Part shown: positions 19,994-30,412 of the stretch, one piece after another
How the letters are laid out: every line of letters starts with the position of its first letter
Numbering within the stretch: position 1 is the stretch's first letter
Assembly (NCBI GenBank): GCA_965197425.1
Contig: CBDANC010000012.1
Coordinates: forward strand, 64,001-128,000
DNA: 64,000 bases
Direction: 5' to 3'
DNA from: Bdellovibrionales bacterium
GTDB lineage: Bacteria > Bdellovibrionota > Bdellovibrionia > Bdellovibrionales > JAUICD01
The notes under the pieces: generated by a model
Database searches by the model: none
What the model was told of the DNA's origin: nothing
What the model saw: only the letters and a program-made list of their open reading frames with translations
Program-made: the position numbers and the translations under genes

Positions 19994-20962
19994 TTAAAAG
20001 CGTATACACATCTCAGGATCAGCATTAGGTGCAGGTGTAGGTTCACCACAAACACTCTGACATTCCCAACAGTTTGGCATAGCTTGGAGTTGCCTTTTTT
20101 GCTCGCAAGTCTGCTCAGCCCTATAACAAGTAGTAGCACAGAATTGTTTTTCATCAGCAACACACGTAGGCCTACTTGAGCTTGCATAATTTGTAGCATC
20201 ACCAGCAGCACCATTGTCTGCACCACATGTAATAGATTTGTTAGTAGGAACTCCACAAGTAGCTGTACATTCTGTACAAACATTATTGTTTCTTTGTTGC
20301 TCGCAAGTAGGTCCTCCGTCAGCATAACAAGTAATCTCACCATGAGTTTTTTGTGATGTAGGGCAAGTTGGCTGTGAGCTTGAAGGGTGCGGATGTCCCG
20401 ACATAACGCCTTGACCACAAACAACATTAGTAGTGACAGTAGTCCCTGTGGTTGCTGTGGTTACGGTAGTCCCCGTAGTTGCTGTAGTAACAGTAGTTCC
20501 TGTATTACCACCGTCGTTGTTATCATTATTGTTGTCGTTGTCATTAGTTGTAGTACCACATCTTGTTATGATTACTTCGTAATCTTCATCAAATTCCCTA
20601 ATTCCATCAACTAGTTGAACTACCCTTATAAAAAACTGATAATTGTCCTGCTGTAGATTATTAAATAAAACACCACTATTACCAACAAGGTGAACACTCG
20701 AACCATCGTTATCTAAGGTAATGCCACCACAATCCAAAAATTGAGTATCAGCAATAGGGACAGTTCTCTTACACTCCAAAGAAATATAATTTTGCAACGA
20801 TGAGGATACGCTAAGTGCAACAGAATTATCACTGCCTATACATTCGGGTGTTAGTTCAAATGGTACAGAAGCCTGATCTACAGAAGTAATACTAGTAGTA
20901 CAATTTTGATACGCAACAATTGAAGCTGCTAAAGCACAAAAAAATGCTATCGACCTTACCAT
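19994..20962 (-). CDS. YQNC-family exported protein with Thr-rich linker and Cys-rich C-terminus
   Basis: MVRSIAFF...AYQNC; (TGTTVTTAT)n linker; C-terminus similar to 9054-10277. Confidence 0.78.
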   Translation of the reverse strand: MVRSIAFFCALAASIVAYQNCTTSITSVDQASVPFELTPECIGSDNSVALSVSSSLQNYISLECKRTVPIADTQFLDCGGITLDNDGSSVHLVGNSGVLFNNLQQDNYQFFIRVVQLVDGIREFDEDYEVIITRCGTTTNDNDNNNDNNDGGNTGTTVTTATTGTTVTTATTGTTVTTNVVCGQGVMSGHPHPSSSQPTCPTSQKTHGEITCYADGGPTCEQQRNNNVCTECTATCGVPTNKSITCGADNGAAGDATNYASSSRPTCVADEKQFCATTCYRAEQTCEQKRQLQAMPNCWECQSVCGEPTPAPNADPEMCIRF

Positions 20963-21303
20963 GGACCACCCCCGTATTGTGTATACTCCTAAGAGTATAC
21001 TTACACCCATCCTCTAACACAACAATTGGTAGAATAAAATATTTCTAAGACTCTATCTCCCAACCTAAAGTCTTGGTTTTTCAGAACTATAAACAACAAT
21101 CTCACTGATCTATCTTGAGCCTAAGTATAACTTAACATGTACACTAGAGTGTGGGTTTATTAAATTTTCAACACCAAAAATATTAAAAATATTAAAGGTA
21201 TTGGCTTAATAGTTGCTCAAGCTCATTAGCTTTTGAGTGTCTTAAATTTCTTGACTTAGTATTTATTATCAATAAGACTGCCTTAGCTTACAATTGAAAG
21301 TAT

Positions 21304-21379
21304 TCGGGAGTAGCTCAGTTGGTAGAGCAGTTGACTGTTAATCAATTGGTCGGGGGTTCAAGTCCCTCCTCCCGAGCCA
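21304..21379 (+). tRNA. tRNA-Asn(GTT)
   Basis: TCGGGAG/CTCCCGA acceptor stem, anticodon loop CT-GTT-AA, GGTTCAAGTCC T-arm, encoded CCA. Confidence 0.96.
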
Positions 21380-21444
21380 GTACATCTACCAAGGCGTGTT
21401 GCCACATCTATAAAAATCGTTAGTTTTACTATTTATTTTATTGT

Positions 21445-21819
21445 TTATTTTTTAGAGTTATCTTCTTTAACTTCCACATCCTGAAAATCACCTTTAGGAG
21501 GTGCTAGTTTTTTTAACTCTATATCTAACCTTTCTTTTAAGTTAGAGGGTTTTGGAATAACCATTGGATCCCCAACATAAATAACTAAATTATCTTTTAA
21601 CTGTATTTCTTTGAAAATTTTAATGTTTTTGTCATAAAACCTATAGTGCCATATATCCATTCCATCACTTCTTTTAGACTCATAAGGAGAACCCAGCTTA
21701 TCCAACACTGCTGTCTTGTCCATACCCTCTTTAATTCGACTAAATCTCTTCAAACCACTTGTAGCACAAGCAGAAAGCAGAAGTGCAAATAATAAAACCA
21801 GCAACGAAACTAAACGCAT
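21445..21819 (-). CDS. BamE/SmpA-like outer membrane lipoprotein
   Basis: Lipobox LLSAC; IKEGMDKTAVLDKLGSP...WHY. Confidence 0.7.
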   Translation of the reverse strand: MRLVSLLVLLFALLLSACATSGLKRFSRIKEGMDKTAVLDKLGSPYESKRSDGMDIWHYRFYDKNIKIFKEIQLKDNLVIYVGDPMVIPKPSNLKERLDIELKKLAPPKGDFQDVEVKEDNSKK

Positions 21820-21865
21820 ATCTGTGTAGATTATTAAACAAATATAAAATTAAATCAAACACATA

Positions 21866-22265
21866 AAGGTCTTCCGAGCGAGGCCAATAAAGTGAACTTG
21901 TTTGCTTTTTTCAATTGGCTCACGGGATAAATTTTTATATTTTCCAATTGAAATAACCTCCCTGCGGTCGGTTTTTTAATAAAGGTGAGGTTAATGAGGC
22001 CAAAAACAAAGTGACTTTGTTGCTTTTTTTTGGCCGAGTGCCTGTTTCACCGAGTGGTTGGCTTCATGCCCAGTACTGGGCAACCACAAGGCTTTGAAAA
22101 TAGGCAAAGCCTCCTTATTTTTTACCTCGTTCGGAAGACCTTATGGAACGGGATCGGAATCAGTGTCCAAAGCTGGGCAACACTGAGTTTAGAAGATGTC
22201 TTGGTTACACTTGGACTTTGTCCTGCATTACACCAATCCATCTTCTAGACTCATTTGAAGACCTT
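21866..22265. repeat. Family-1 mosaic repeat, locus D: head-to-head units; 66-bp element core at 21910-21971
   Basis: AAGGTCTTCC...GAAGACCTT inverted ends; modules shared with C, H, J, O. Confidence 0.92.
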
Positions 22266-22282
22266 GAGTATAATCATAAAAA

Positions 22283-23551
22283 ATGAAATTTAATCAAGTT
22301 ATACAATACATAGAAAACAAAGGCATAAGCCTAACTAAAGATAGAGTCCCTAGAAGATTAACCTTAGGCCCTATTAAAACTGCACTTAAAACATTAAACA
22401 TAAAACCTGCTTTAAATGGCGAAAGAGTAATACTAATTGCAGGTACAAATGGAAAAGGTAGTGTAGCCAAAACTTTAGAAACACTACTGACATCACAAGG
22501 TTTCAATGTAGGGTTGTACACTTCCCCACACCTGATATGCACAACAGAACGAATCTCAATAAATGAAAACCCCATAAGTAAGCAGCTATTTACAAAAACT
22601 TTCAAAGAAATAAAGAAAGCTATAAAAAACCTAACCCATTTTGAAATACTAACCTTAATAGCAGCACAAATATTTTTTAAAACAAAAAAGGTAGATTGGG
22701 CTATTTTTGAAATAGGACTTGGAGGTACAAAAGATGCCACAAATGCAATCCCTCATAAAACATCCATTATAACAACCTTAGGATACGACCACGAACATAT
22801 ACTGGGAAATTCTCTAGAAAAAATAGCCAAGAATAAATTTGGTATTATTAAAAAACACAACCTAGTAATTTCCAACAAATTACCAAAAGAACTAAAAAAG
22901 TTAAAAACAAAAATTTGTGACAAAAAAAAATGCAAATGGAAAATAAGCGATAAATTTCAATACAAAACAACAGTCAAAAAATTTAACCTCAATACAACAA
23001 TTACTATGTACAAGAAAAAATGCCCTTTAAATCTTCACTCAAAAAGAGGTGCCATGAATACGGCTCTAGCATTAACAGCTTTCAAACAACTTGGATTTAA
23101 CCCACAAGAACACATGCACAAACTAAAAAATGTAAATTGGCCAGCAAGAATGTCGGAACTTAAAATACAATCTCCATGCAAAATATATCTATCAGGAGAT
23201 CATAATGAACAAGGTATAAGAAGCTTGGTAGAAATTGTGCAACAATTTCGCTACAAAAATCTGCATATAGTTGCAAGCATAAGCAAAACAAAAAATCCAG
23301 ACAAAATTCTACCTATTTTATTAACACTAAAAAGATCTAACATTTTTCTGACCACAGCACAATTTATGGGAAGGAAAAAAGAAGAGTATAATAAATGGCT
23401 TACAAAAACTAGATATTATAAAAATCCAATCAAAGCACTAAAGAAAGCTCAAAGTATATCTAAAAAAAATGACCTAATAGTAGTAACAGGATCTCTATAT
23501 CTAATAGGAGATATTTTAGAGAAATACAGATCTAACATAGGAAGACTTTGA
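22283..23551 (+). CDS. folC: Folylpolyglutamate synthase/dihydrofolate synthase
   Basis: IAGTNGKGS, YTSPHL, EIGLGG..DATN, WPARM, TGSLYLIG. Confidence 0.92.
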   Translation: MKFNQVIQYIENKGISLTKDRVPRRLTLGPIKTALKTLNIKPALNGERVILIAGTNGKGSVAKTLETLLTSQGFNVGLYTSPHLICTTERISINENPISKQLFTKTFKEIKKAIKNLTHFEILTLIAAQIFFKTKKVDWAIFEIGLGGTKDATNAIPHKTSIITTLGYDHEHILGNSLEKIAKNKFGIIKKHNLVISNKLPKELKKLKTKICDKKKCKWKISDKFQYKTTVKKFNLNTTITMYKKKCPLNLHSKRGAMNTALALTAFKQLGFNPQEHMHKLKNVNWPARMSELKIQSPCKIYLSGDHNEQGIRSLVEIVQQFRYKNLHIVASISKTKNPDKILPILLTLKRSNIFLTTAQFMGRKKEEYNKWLTKTRYYKNPIKALKKAQSISKKNDLIVVTGSLYLIGDILEKYRSNIGRL

Positions 23552-23557
23552 GGTGCA

Positions 23558-23709
23558 GGATTGGCTGATTGCCTGATTGTCCGATTTCAAGTTAATGGAT
23601 CAGCATCTTGTTACAGTGCTGGGCAACTCTGAAACTGAAAGTACCTCGGCCACACTTGTGCTTCGCACAGCATTTCGCCATGGCAACTTTCAGTTCTTGC
23701 TGAGACCTT
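23558..23709. repeat. Mosaic repeat, locus E (8-mer GATTGCCT-like run plus a family-1 unit)
   Basis: GGATCAGCATCTTGTTACAGTGCTGGGCAAC...TTTCAGTTCTTGCTGAGACCTT; the tail is also at 51727-51753. Confidence 0.85.
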
Positions 23710-23714
23710 TAAAT

Positions 23715-24224
23715 CTAGATGCCGCCTTTAATACGATCTTCATCATCTAAGACTGTCTGAACACCACCCTTTAATTGAGGTCTATAAGCTAACTCTTGAA
23801 TACCATTTATAAAACTTGCTCCATTTATCCCAGGAGTTTGCCACTCAGGCCCCATTCTAACAGCATCTACAGGACAAGCTTCTTCACAAAAACCACAAAA
23901 AACGCACCTAAGCATGTCTATTTCATAATTAATAGGATATTTTTCAACTGAAGAGTCAGAATGCTCACTTGCCACAATTGTAATACAGTCCGCAGGGCAG
24001 TTGGTTGCACATAACATACAAGCTGTACACCTCAGGGAACCATCTTTTTTGACAGTTAAAACATGATTACCCTTAAACCTAGGACCATATTGATACTTTT
24101 TTTCAGGATAATTTACAGTCTGCATATCTCCCTTTCTAAATAAATTTTTTATCAGGTTAGATATGGTGATCTTTAATCCCTTTAAAATACCCGGTAAATA
24201 CCAATCTTCTATCTTTCTAGCCAT
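23715..24224 (-). CDS. nuoI: NADH-quinone oxidoreductase subunit I
   Basis: CTACMLCATNCP and CVFCGFCEEACP. Confidence 0.93.
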   Translation of the reverse strand: MARKIEDWYLPGILKGLKITISNLIKNLFRKGDMQTVNYPEKKYQYGPRFKGNHVLTVKKDGSLRCTACMLCATNCPADCITIVASEHSDSSVEKYPINYEIDMLRCVFCGFCEEACPVDAVRMGPEWQTPGINGASFINGIQELAYRPQLKGGVQTVLDDEDRIKGGI

Positions 24225-25689
24225 TTATATCCGGAACTCCTTTAAATAAAATTGATGCTACATCCACCCCTGAAAGAGCATTCTTAACTATGATAGTACC
24301 TACATCAATTTTTTGCTCTATACCTTTATAATTAATAAAAGTACCCGTTTTTTCAACAAAAGATTTAATAGGTATCTGCCAAGCAAAGTCTTTATACAAA
24401 ACATTCTTAGTAGGAGACATATATACAACACACTTAGCCTTCTTAAACAAGTTAATATTATCAGCAAGATCAGTATACACAGCCTGATTCTCAGGACCTA
24501 ATACAAACAAGTACTCTATCTTACCATTTGTTAATTTATTTTCCAAATCATTCCATTTGGTCTTAACCTTGTATTCTTTTAATACTTTCAATAAACCATT
24601 TGTATTTGGGTTTTTATCCCCACGAATTAAAATTCCATCATAATCATTATTTGAAATATCCCAATGATAAACATCAACTTTCATCTTTGTAAAAGAATCT
24701 ACCAACGCCCTATACTCTTCTGTAGTATATTGAGCTGTTAAAACTAGCGCAAATTTTGACTTATCCAAATTCTCAATCTTCTTGTGCAAACCCACAAGAG
24801 CTTCACCAGGAACCAAACTCTCCACACCATCTTTGGTTTTATTATATGCACTAACTAACCTGTTCTCTAAATTAGCAAATTTGTAGATAAACCTACCATG
24901 ATCACACATCCAATGAGAATTTATATCTTTGTTATAAGATGGGGTTACTCTATAAAGTCCATTCTTATTATAGTAAACTTTTACATTGCAGCCAGTAGAA
25001 CACCCTTGGCATACAGTCTCAAAACTGTCTAAAAACCACACTCTCTGCCTAAATCTAAAATCTTTAGAAGTTAAAGCTCCAACAGGACAAATATCCACTA
25101 CATTAAGTGAATAATCATTGTTCAAAGGTTTGTCTTTAAAAGTGCCCACTTCACTTCTATCACCTCGATTAAAAATACCAAGTTCATGTGACTTAGAAAC
25201 TTCGTCAGTAAACCTAACACATCTAGAGCACAATATACATCTTTCAGTATCCAAAACAACATTCTTACCTAGATCCACTACCTTTCTTTTTTTGACCTTT
25301 CTTTCAGCCATTTTTGAATCATAATTACCATAGGTCATAAAATATTCTTGCAAGCCACATTCCCCAGCCTGATCACATATAGGACAATCTAAAGGATGAT
25401 TTATAAGATGAAATTCCAGAGCCCATTTAACAACATCCTTCACTTTTTCAGATTGATTTGAAATAACCATGTTGTCTTGAACCTCAGTATTACAAGCAAT
25501 TTGAAGTTTTGGGTTGCCTTCAATTTCCACCACACACATGCGACAAGCACCAGCCACACTTAATCCAGGATGCCAACAGTAATGAGCAATCTCCCCAGCA
25601 AATTTAGATCTCATAAAAGCTTCAATAACAGTAGAGCCTTTTGGAACTTTTATGCTTTCACCATTTATTACAACTGTAACCTCAGACAT
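24217..25689 (-). CDS. nuoG: NADH-quinone oxidoreductase subunit G (short form)
   Basis: CWHPGLSVAGACRMC, NHPLDCPICDQAGECGLQ, CILCSRCVRF. Confidence 0.92.
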   Translation of the reverse strand: MSEVTVVINGESIKVPKGSTVIEAFMRSKFAGEIAHYCWHPGLSVAGACRMCVVEIEGNPKLQIACNTEVQDNMVISNQSEKVKDVVKWALEFHLINHPLDCPICDQAGECGLQEYFMTYGNYDSKMAERKVKKRKVVDLGKNVVLDTERCILCSRCVRFTDEVSKSHELGIFNRGDRSEVGTFKDKPLNNDYSLNVVDICPVGALTSKDFRFRQRVWFLDSFETVCQGCSTGCNVKVYYNKNGLYRVTPSYNKDINSHWMCDHGRFIYKFANLENRLVSAYNKTKDGVESLVPGEALVGLHKKIENLDKSKFALVLTAQYTTEEYRALVDSFTKMKVDVYHWDISNNDYDGILIRGDKNPNTNGLLKVLKEYKVKTKWNDLENKLTNGKIEYLFVLGPENQAVYTDLADNINLFKKAKCVVYMSPTKNVLYKDFAWQIPIKSFVEKTGTFINYKGIEQKIDVGTIIVKNALSGVDVASILFKGVPDING

Positions 25690-26959
25690 CTTGAAACCTT
25701 TCTACTTTTGATCTGCCATTGTTTATGTAATATTCAAATTCATCTCTAAATTTTGTGATAAAACCTACCGTGGGCCAAGCCGCTGAATCAGATAGAGCAC
25801 AAATTGTTCTAGCTTCCATGTTATCAGATATCTGTTTCATCAATGATATATCCTGCATTCTGCCCCTACCATCCATAATGCTATCTACAACTCTTTCAAG
25901 CCAGCCAGTTCCCTCCCTGCAAGGAGTACACTGACCACAAGACTCATGTGCATAAAAATGTAAGGTTACTTTTAACATATCTACCATACACCTAGTTTCA
26001 TCTAAGATTATAACAGCTCCAGACCCTAACATAGAACCCATACCACTTAAACACTCATAGTCCATGGTAGCCTTCTTACATTCATCATAAGTTAAAATAG
26101 GAGCAGAAGAACCACCAGGAATACAACCCTTGAGCTTACCACCATTCAACATACCACCACATTCTTTATTTATAAGATCCATTAATGGATAACCTAATTC
26201 AACCTCATAAGTACCAGGTTTATTGATATCTCCACTAACACTAAAAAGTTTAGTGCCTGAAGATTTTGGGGTGCCATATTTCAAATATGCATCAGCTCCA
26301 TCCCTTATGATATACTTAACAGCAGCTAAGGTTTCTACATTATTAACAATTGTAGGCTTATTCAAATACCCTCTTACAGCAGGAAAAGGTGGTTTTAACT
26401 TAGGGTGACCTTTCTTTCCCTCGAGCGATGAAATCATCCCTGTCTCTTCACCACATATGTAAGCTCCAGCACCCCGATAAATATCCAACTCAACATCAAA
26501 ACCACTTTTTAAAATGTTTTTACCCAGATAACCAGAACCTCTAGCCTCATCTAAAGCACTCAACAAAATATTATAAGCGTCCACATACTCACCACGAACG
26601 TAAATATAACCTTTTTTGGAGTTTGTGGCATAAGCAGAAATAACCATACCCTCTATAAGTTGATGAGGAGCACGCTCCATCATTAAACGATCTTTGAAAG
26701 TACCGGGCTCACCTTCATCTGCATTACACAGTAAAAAACGATCTTCTCCATTATCAGGAAGAAAACCCCACTTAACACCAGTAGGAAAACCAGCTCCACC
26801 TCTACCTCTAAGACCAGACTTTTTGACTTCATCTATAATCTTAGAGGGTTTCATTTTAAAAGCCTTCTTTAAAACTTCATAACCACCCAGAGACTTATAA
26901 CCTTCTAAGGTTTTAAATTCGTCTTTTTCATAATGCTCAGTTAATAATTTTGTTTCCAT
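25682..26959 (-). CDS. nuoF: NADH-quinone oxidoreductase subunit F
   Basis: GLRGRGGAGFPTG, NADEGEPGTFKDR, ESCGQCTPCREG. Confidence 0.96.
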   Translation of the reverse strand: METKLLTEHYEKDEFKTLEGYKSLGGYEVLKKAFKMKPSKIIDEVKKSGLRGRGGAGFPTGVKWGFLPDNGEDRFLLCNADEGEPGTFKDRLMMERAPHQLIEGMVISAYATNSKKGYIYVRGEYVDAYNILLSALDEARGSGYLGKNILKSGFDVELDIYRGAGAYICGEETGMISSLEGKKGHPKLKPPFPAVRGYLNKPTIVNNVETLAAVKYIIRDGADAYLKYGTPKSSGTKLFSVSGDINKPGTYEVELGYPLMDLINKECGGMLNGGKLKGCIPGGSSAPILTYDECKKATMDYECLSGMGSMLGSGAVIILDETRCMVDMLKVTLHFYAHESCGQCTPCREGTGWLERVVDSIMDGRGRMQDISLMKQISDNMEARTICALSDSAAWPTVGFITKFRDEFEYYINNGRSKVERFQDV

Positions 26960-27032
26960 GTCTTATATCTTTATATTTTTGCTTTCTAAAAAAGAAAGTT
27001 TATAACCACATTTTTTTATTTAAGTTAAAAAT

Positions 27033-27506
27033 CTACCTTAACTTTCTTAAAAGATTTTTTGCCTTTTCAAAATTCATTTTATCATAGTATTTTTCGTTAA
27101 TCTGAACCGCTGGGGCATTATCACACGACCCCAAACACTCTACCCTTGTTACTGTAAATCTTCCATCTAGAGTTTTTTCTCCCTCTTTTACTTCAAGCTC
27201 CGAGCATAATTTTTCTGTTAATTCTCTAGCCTGAAACATTGAACAAGTAAGGTTACAGCAAACCTGGATATGATATTTACCCACGGGCTTTTTGTTAAAC
27301 ATAGTATAGAACTCTAATACCTCATTTACATGAGCCTCAGGTATATCCATAAGTTCACTTAAACACTCGACAGCCTCTTGGCTTATCCAACCGTTATTTT
27401 CCTCTTGAACTTTGTAAAGACAAGGAATTATAGCTGAATACTTATCCTCATAACGTTTAAGTTCTGCTTTAACAAATTTTTTTGCTCCTTCCGATAGCTC
27501 AAACAT
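27033..27506 (-). CDS. nuoE: NADH-quinone oxidoreductase subunit E
   Basis: FYTMFNKKPVGKYHIQVC, VECLGSCDNAP. Confidence 0.94.
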   Translation of the reverse strand: MFELSEGAKKFVKAELKRYEDKYSAIIPCLYKVQEENNGWISQEAVECLSELMDIPEAHVNEVLEFYTMFNKKPVGKYHIQVCCNLTCSMFQARELTEKLCSELEVKEGEKTLDGRFTVTRVECLGSCDNAPAVQINEKYYDKMNFEKAKNLLRKLR

Positions 27507-29167
27507 TATCTGTCCAACTCCCCTGCTATAACATTCATACTACCCAATATTGCTATTACATCGGACAATAACCCCTTTTCAATAGATGGTACAAAGGACT
27601 GATAAATTGCAAAACAAGGTGGTCTTACTTTTAATCTATAAGGCTTAGGACCACCATCTGATACAAGATAAAACCCAAGCTCACCATTTGCAGCCTCAGT
27701 ATAATCATATATTTCACCAGCTTTTGGTCTTAAGCCCTTTATAACCAGCATAAAGTGATTCATAAGTCCTTCTATGTTTCCGTACACATCCTTTTTTTCA
27801 GGTAAAACAATGTCTTTATCTCTGATGGTGTAATCTCCGCTTGGAATATTGTTTGCCACCTGTTCTACTATCGACAGAGATTGCCTCATCTCCTCCAGCC
27901 TAACCATATACCTATCGTAAACATCACCATTTTCACCAACCGGTATCTCAAAGTCTAATTCGTCGTAGCAGTAATAAGGTGAAACTTTTCTTAAGTCCAA
28001 AGCAAGTCCAGATGCCCTTAAACAAGGGCCTGTAAACCCATAAGCAATTGCATCTTCCAATGAAGTTGATCCAACACCCTTTGTACGCTCAATCCAAATC
28101 TTGTTTTTAGATAAAAGCTTATCTATCTGTTCCACACCCTCTTTCATTTTTTCTACTGTTTTTAAAACATCTTTAAACCAACCAATGGGAGGTTCATTTG
28201 CCATCCCCCCAACTCTTGTCATTGATACAGTCAGCCTTGCTCCACACAGTTTTTCAAAGAGAGAATAAACTCTCTCTCTCATATCAAAAAGATAAAAGAA
28301 ACTAGTTAAAGCACCTAAGTCCACAGACATAGCTCCAATACAAACAATGTGATCAATAACACGACTTAACTCACACAGTATGACCCTTATAGCCTGTGCT
28401 TTCTGAGGAACTTCTACATCCAACATTTTTTCTACTGTTTTACAAAAACCTACATTGTTCATTGGAGCAGAACAGTAATTAAGCCTGTCTGTATAAGGAA
28501 TTACTTGGTTGTAATGATGAGTCTCTGCCATTTTTTCAAAACATCTATGCAAAAAACCAATTTCAACATTAGCTCTGTTAACTGTCTCCCCGTCTAACTC
28601 CGCCATAATTCTAAGGGTGCCATGAGTGGCTGGGTGCGATGGACCAATATTTATTGGAACCAGGTTTTTGTCTTCTTCATTTGTACTGACAGTAGGATAA
28701 TCAGCCTCTTGAATACTACTACAACTTTGCTGATGATGAGATACATAGTCTTTTCGCAAAGGATGGCCTTTAAACTCATGATGGGTTAATATTCTTCTTA
28801 GATATGGATGATTTTTAAAGTTTATCCCAAACATATCAAAGGCTTCTCGCTCAAACCAATTAGCGCCTTTAAAAACTCCAGTTACTGACTCTATACTATC
28901 AGACTCACCAACCTTAGTTTTTACACGAAGCCTTTTAAAGGTTTCAGACGAAAACAAATGATATACAACATCAAATCTTTTTTCCCTTTTAGGGTAATCC
29001 ACCCCACAAACATCCATCAAAAAATTAAATTTACCTTCATTTTTTAGATGCTCTAAAACAGGTTTTATTTCTTCTTTAGGTACGGTCAGTACTTCAGAGT
29101 CTGGCTCTTTAGCCCCAGTAAAATTTGATACATCAAATTTGTCTTTTAAAAATTCAATGGTAGTCAT
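27506..29167 (-). CDS. nuoCD: NADH-quinone oxidoreductase fused subunit C/D
   Basis: ANWFEREAFDMFG, GHPLRKDY (C); NIGPSHPATHGTLR, GELDR (D). Confidence 0.95.
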   Translation of the reverse strand: MTTIEFLKDKFDVSNFTGAKEPDSEVLTVPKEEIKPVLEHLKNEGKFNFLMDVCGVDYPKREKRFDVVYHLFSSETFKRLRVKTKVGESDSIESVTGVFKGANWFEREAFDMFGINFKNHPYLRRILTHHEFKGHPLRKDYVSHHQQSCSSIQEADYPTVSTNEEDKNLVPINIGPSHPATHGTLRIMAELDGETVNRANVEIGFLHRCFEKMAETHHYNQVIPYTDRLNYCSAPMNNVGFCKTVEKMLDVEVPQKAQAIRVILCELSRVIDHIVCIGAMSVDLGALTSFFYLFDMRERVYSLFEKLCGARLTVSMTRVGGMANEPPIGWFKDVLKTVEKMKEGVEQIDKLLSKNKIWIERTKGVGSTSLEDAIAYGFTGPCLRASGLALDLRKVSPYYCYDELDFEIPVGENGDVYDRYMVRLEEMRQSLSIVEQVANNIPSGDYTIRDKDIVLPEKKDVYGNIEGLMNHFMLVIKGLRPKAGEIYDYTEAANGELGFYLVSDGGPKPYRLKVRPPCFAIYQSFVPSIEKGLLSDVIAILGSMNVIAGELDR

Positions 29168-29745
29168 TAGTTAGCAACTTTTCTAGGTTTCCAGTTATCT
29201 TTCCAAGGCCTTGGTTGTTTGTTCTCGATCATTTTTTGGATAACCATAACACCATCCAAAACCGCCTCAGGTGTTGGAGGACATCCTGGTACATATACAT
29301 CAACTGGAATAATTTTATCTATACCCTGTAACACATGGTATGCTCTATAAAAACCACCAGAACTTGCACACGCACCCATTGACAAAACATATTTTGGCTC
29401 TAACATTTGTTGATAAATATTTAAAAGCACGGGGGCCATTTTTTCTGTAATAGTACCAGCAACAATCAATAAATCCGACTGACGTGGCGAAAATCTAACA
29501 ACCTCAGCACCAAACCTAGCTAAATCATACTTAGGCCCCATAACACTCATAAGCTCAATACCACAACAGGCCGTACCAAATGGCAGGGGCCAAAGCGAAT
29601 TTTTTCTACCCCAACCAACAATTTTATCCAATTGCGTGGTCATGTAGGAGTCTAAAAAACCATATTTGTTAGCTTCTACATCCGATATTTTAATATCTTG
29701 CTCTTTTGATAGCTTTTTTAGTTTTATATCTTTTGATTTAGCCAT
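29167..29745 (-). CDS. nuoB: NADH-quinone oxidoreductase subunit B
   Basis: [33 protein letters not shown]. Confidence 0.96.
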   Translation of the reverse strand: MAKSKDIKLKKLSKEQDIKISDVEANKYGFLDSYMTTQLDKIVGWGRKNSLWPLPFGTACCGIELMSVMGPKYDLARFGAEVVRFSPRQSDLLIVAGTITEKMAPVLLNIYQQMLEPKYVLSMGACASSGGFYRAYHVLQGIDKIIPVDVYVPGCPPTPEAVLDGVMVIQKMIENKQPRPWKDNWKPRKVAN

Positions 29746-29829
29746 ATCAGTTTACTATACACTCACAAAATAGGGATAACAACCACAAAAACTATCAAGG
29801 GAAACGCAAAATAGCAAACTAATAGCAAT

Positions 29830-30039
29830 TGGATCAGCTGCGAGTTCTATCAGGAACTTGAGTTGCTGGATCAGAATCGTGTCCAAAGCTGAACAACCTC
29901 TCAGATAAAAAACCGGCTGCAAAGGAGGTTCATCCAATTGGATAATATAAAGATTTATCCCGTAAGCCAATTGAACCAAAGTGAACAAGTCCACTACGAG
30001 TGGAGTATCCACTTGTTTTAGCCTCGTTTGGAAGACCTT
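29830..30039. repeat. Family-1 mosaic repeat, locus F, carrying a variant of the 66-bp element (29913-29979) and an 18-bp element (29995-30012)
   Basis: Aligns to 51762-51916 with an extra TACGAGTGGAGTATCCAC. Confidence 0.9.
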
Positions 30040-30045
30040 TAGTTG

Positions 30046-30357
30046 TTATTTTACTTTGTTAATACATGGTGTAGTTCGATAAATTGAGTTTGAGTTTTTA
30101 TACTCATCTTCATCCAAAATTCTTTGTGAAAGTGCATGAAGTCCGTTGGCAAATTCTTCCCTAAGTTCATTCGTCACTTCTCTTTGCCTCTGAACTTTGG
30201 TTTTGCCTAAAAAATAATTACTAACCAAAAGTAGCTTAAAATGAGTACCAGACCCAAGACCATCTCCATGCATGCTACTTTGATCCTCTAGCTCTAACAC
30301 AATTGGATTAAATTTTTTTAATTTTTGTACTATTTTTTTATAAACCGTATCGCTCAT
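30046..30357 (-). CDS. bolA: BolA family protein
   Basis: LEDQSSMH, THFKLLLVS..F.G...VQRQR, GLHALS. Confidence 0.88.
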   Translation of the reverse strand: MSDTVYKKIVQKLKKFNPIVLELEDQSSMHGDGLGSGTHFKLLLVSNYFLGKTKVQRQREVTNELREEFANGLHALSQRILDEDEYKNSNSIYRTTPCINKVK

Positions 30358-30412
30358 TTTAAACTTTCAATTATGTTTGATTAACATGATCTAACTTGTA
30401 TGTTACTTGCGA

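Noticed and set aside
20430..20505. 27-bp tandem repeat in the YQNC gene
   Set aside because: Diverged at third positions while encoding TGTTVTTAT; an ordinary protein linker repeat.
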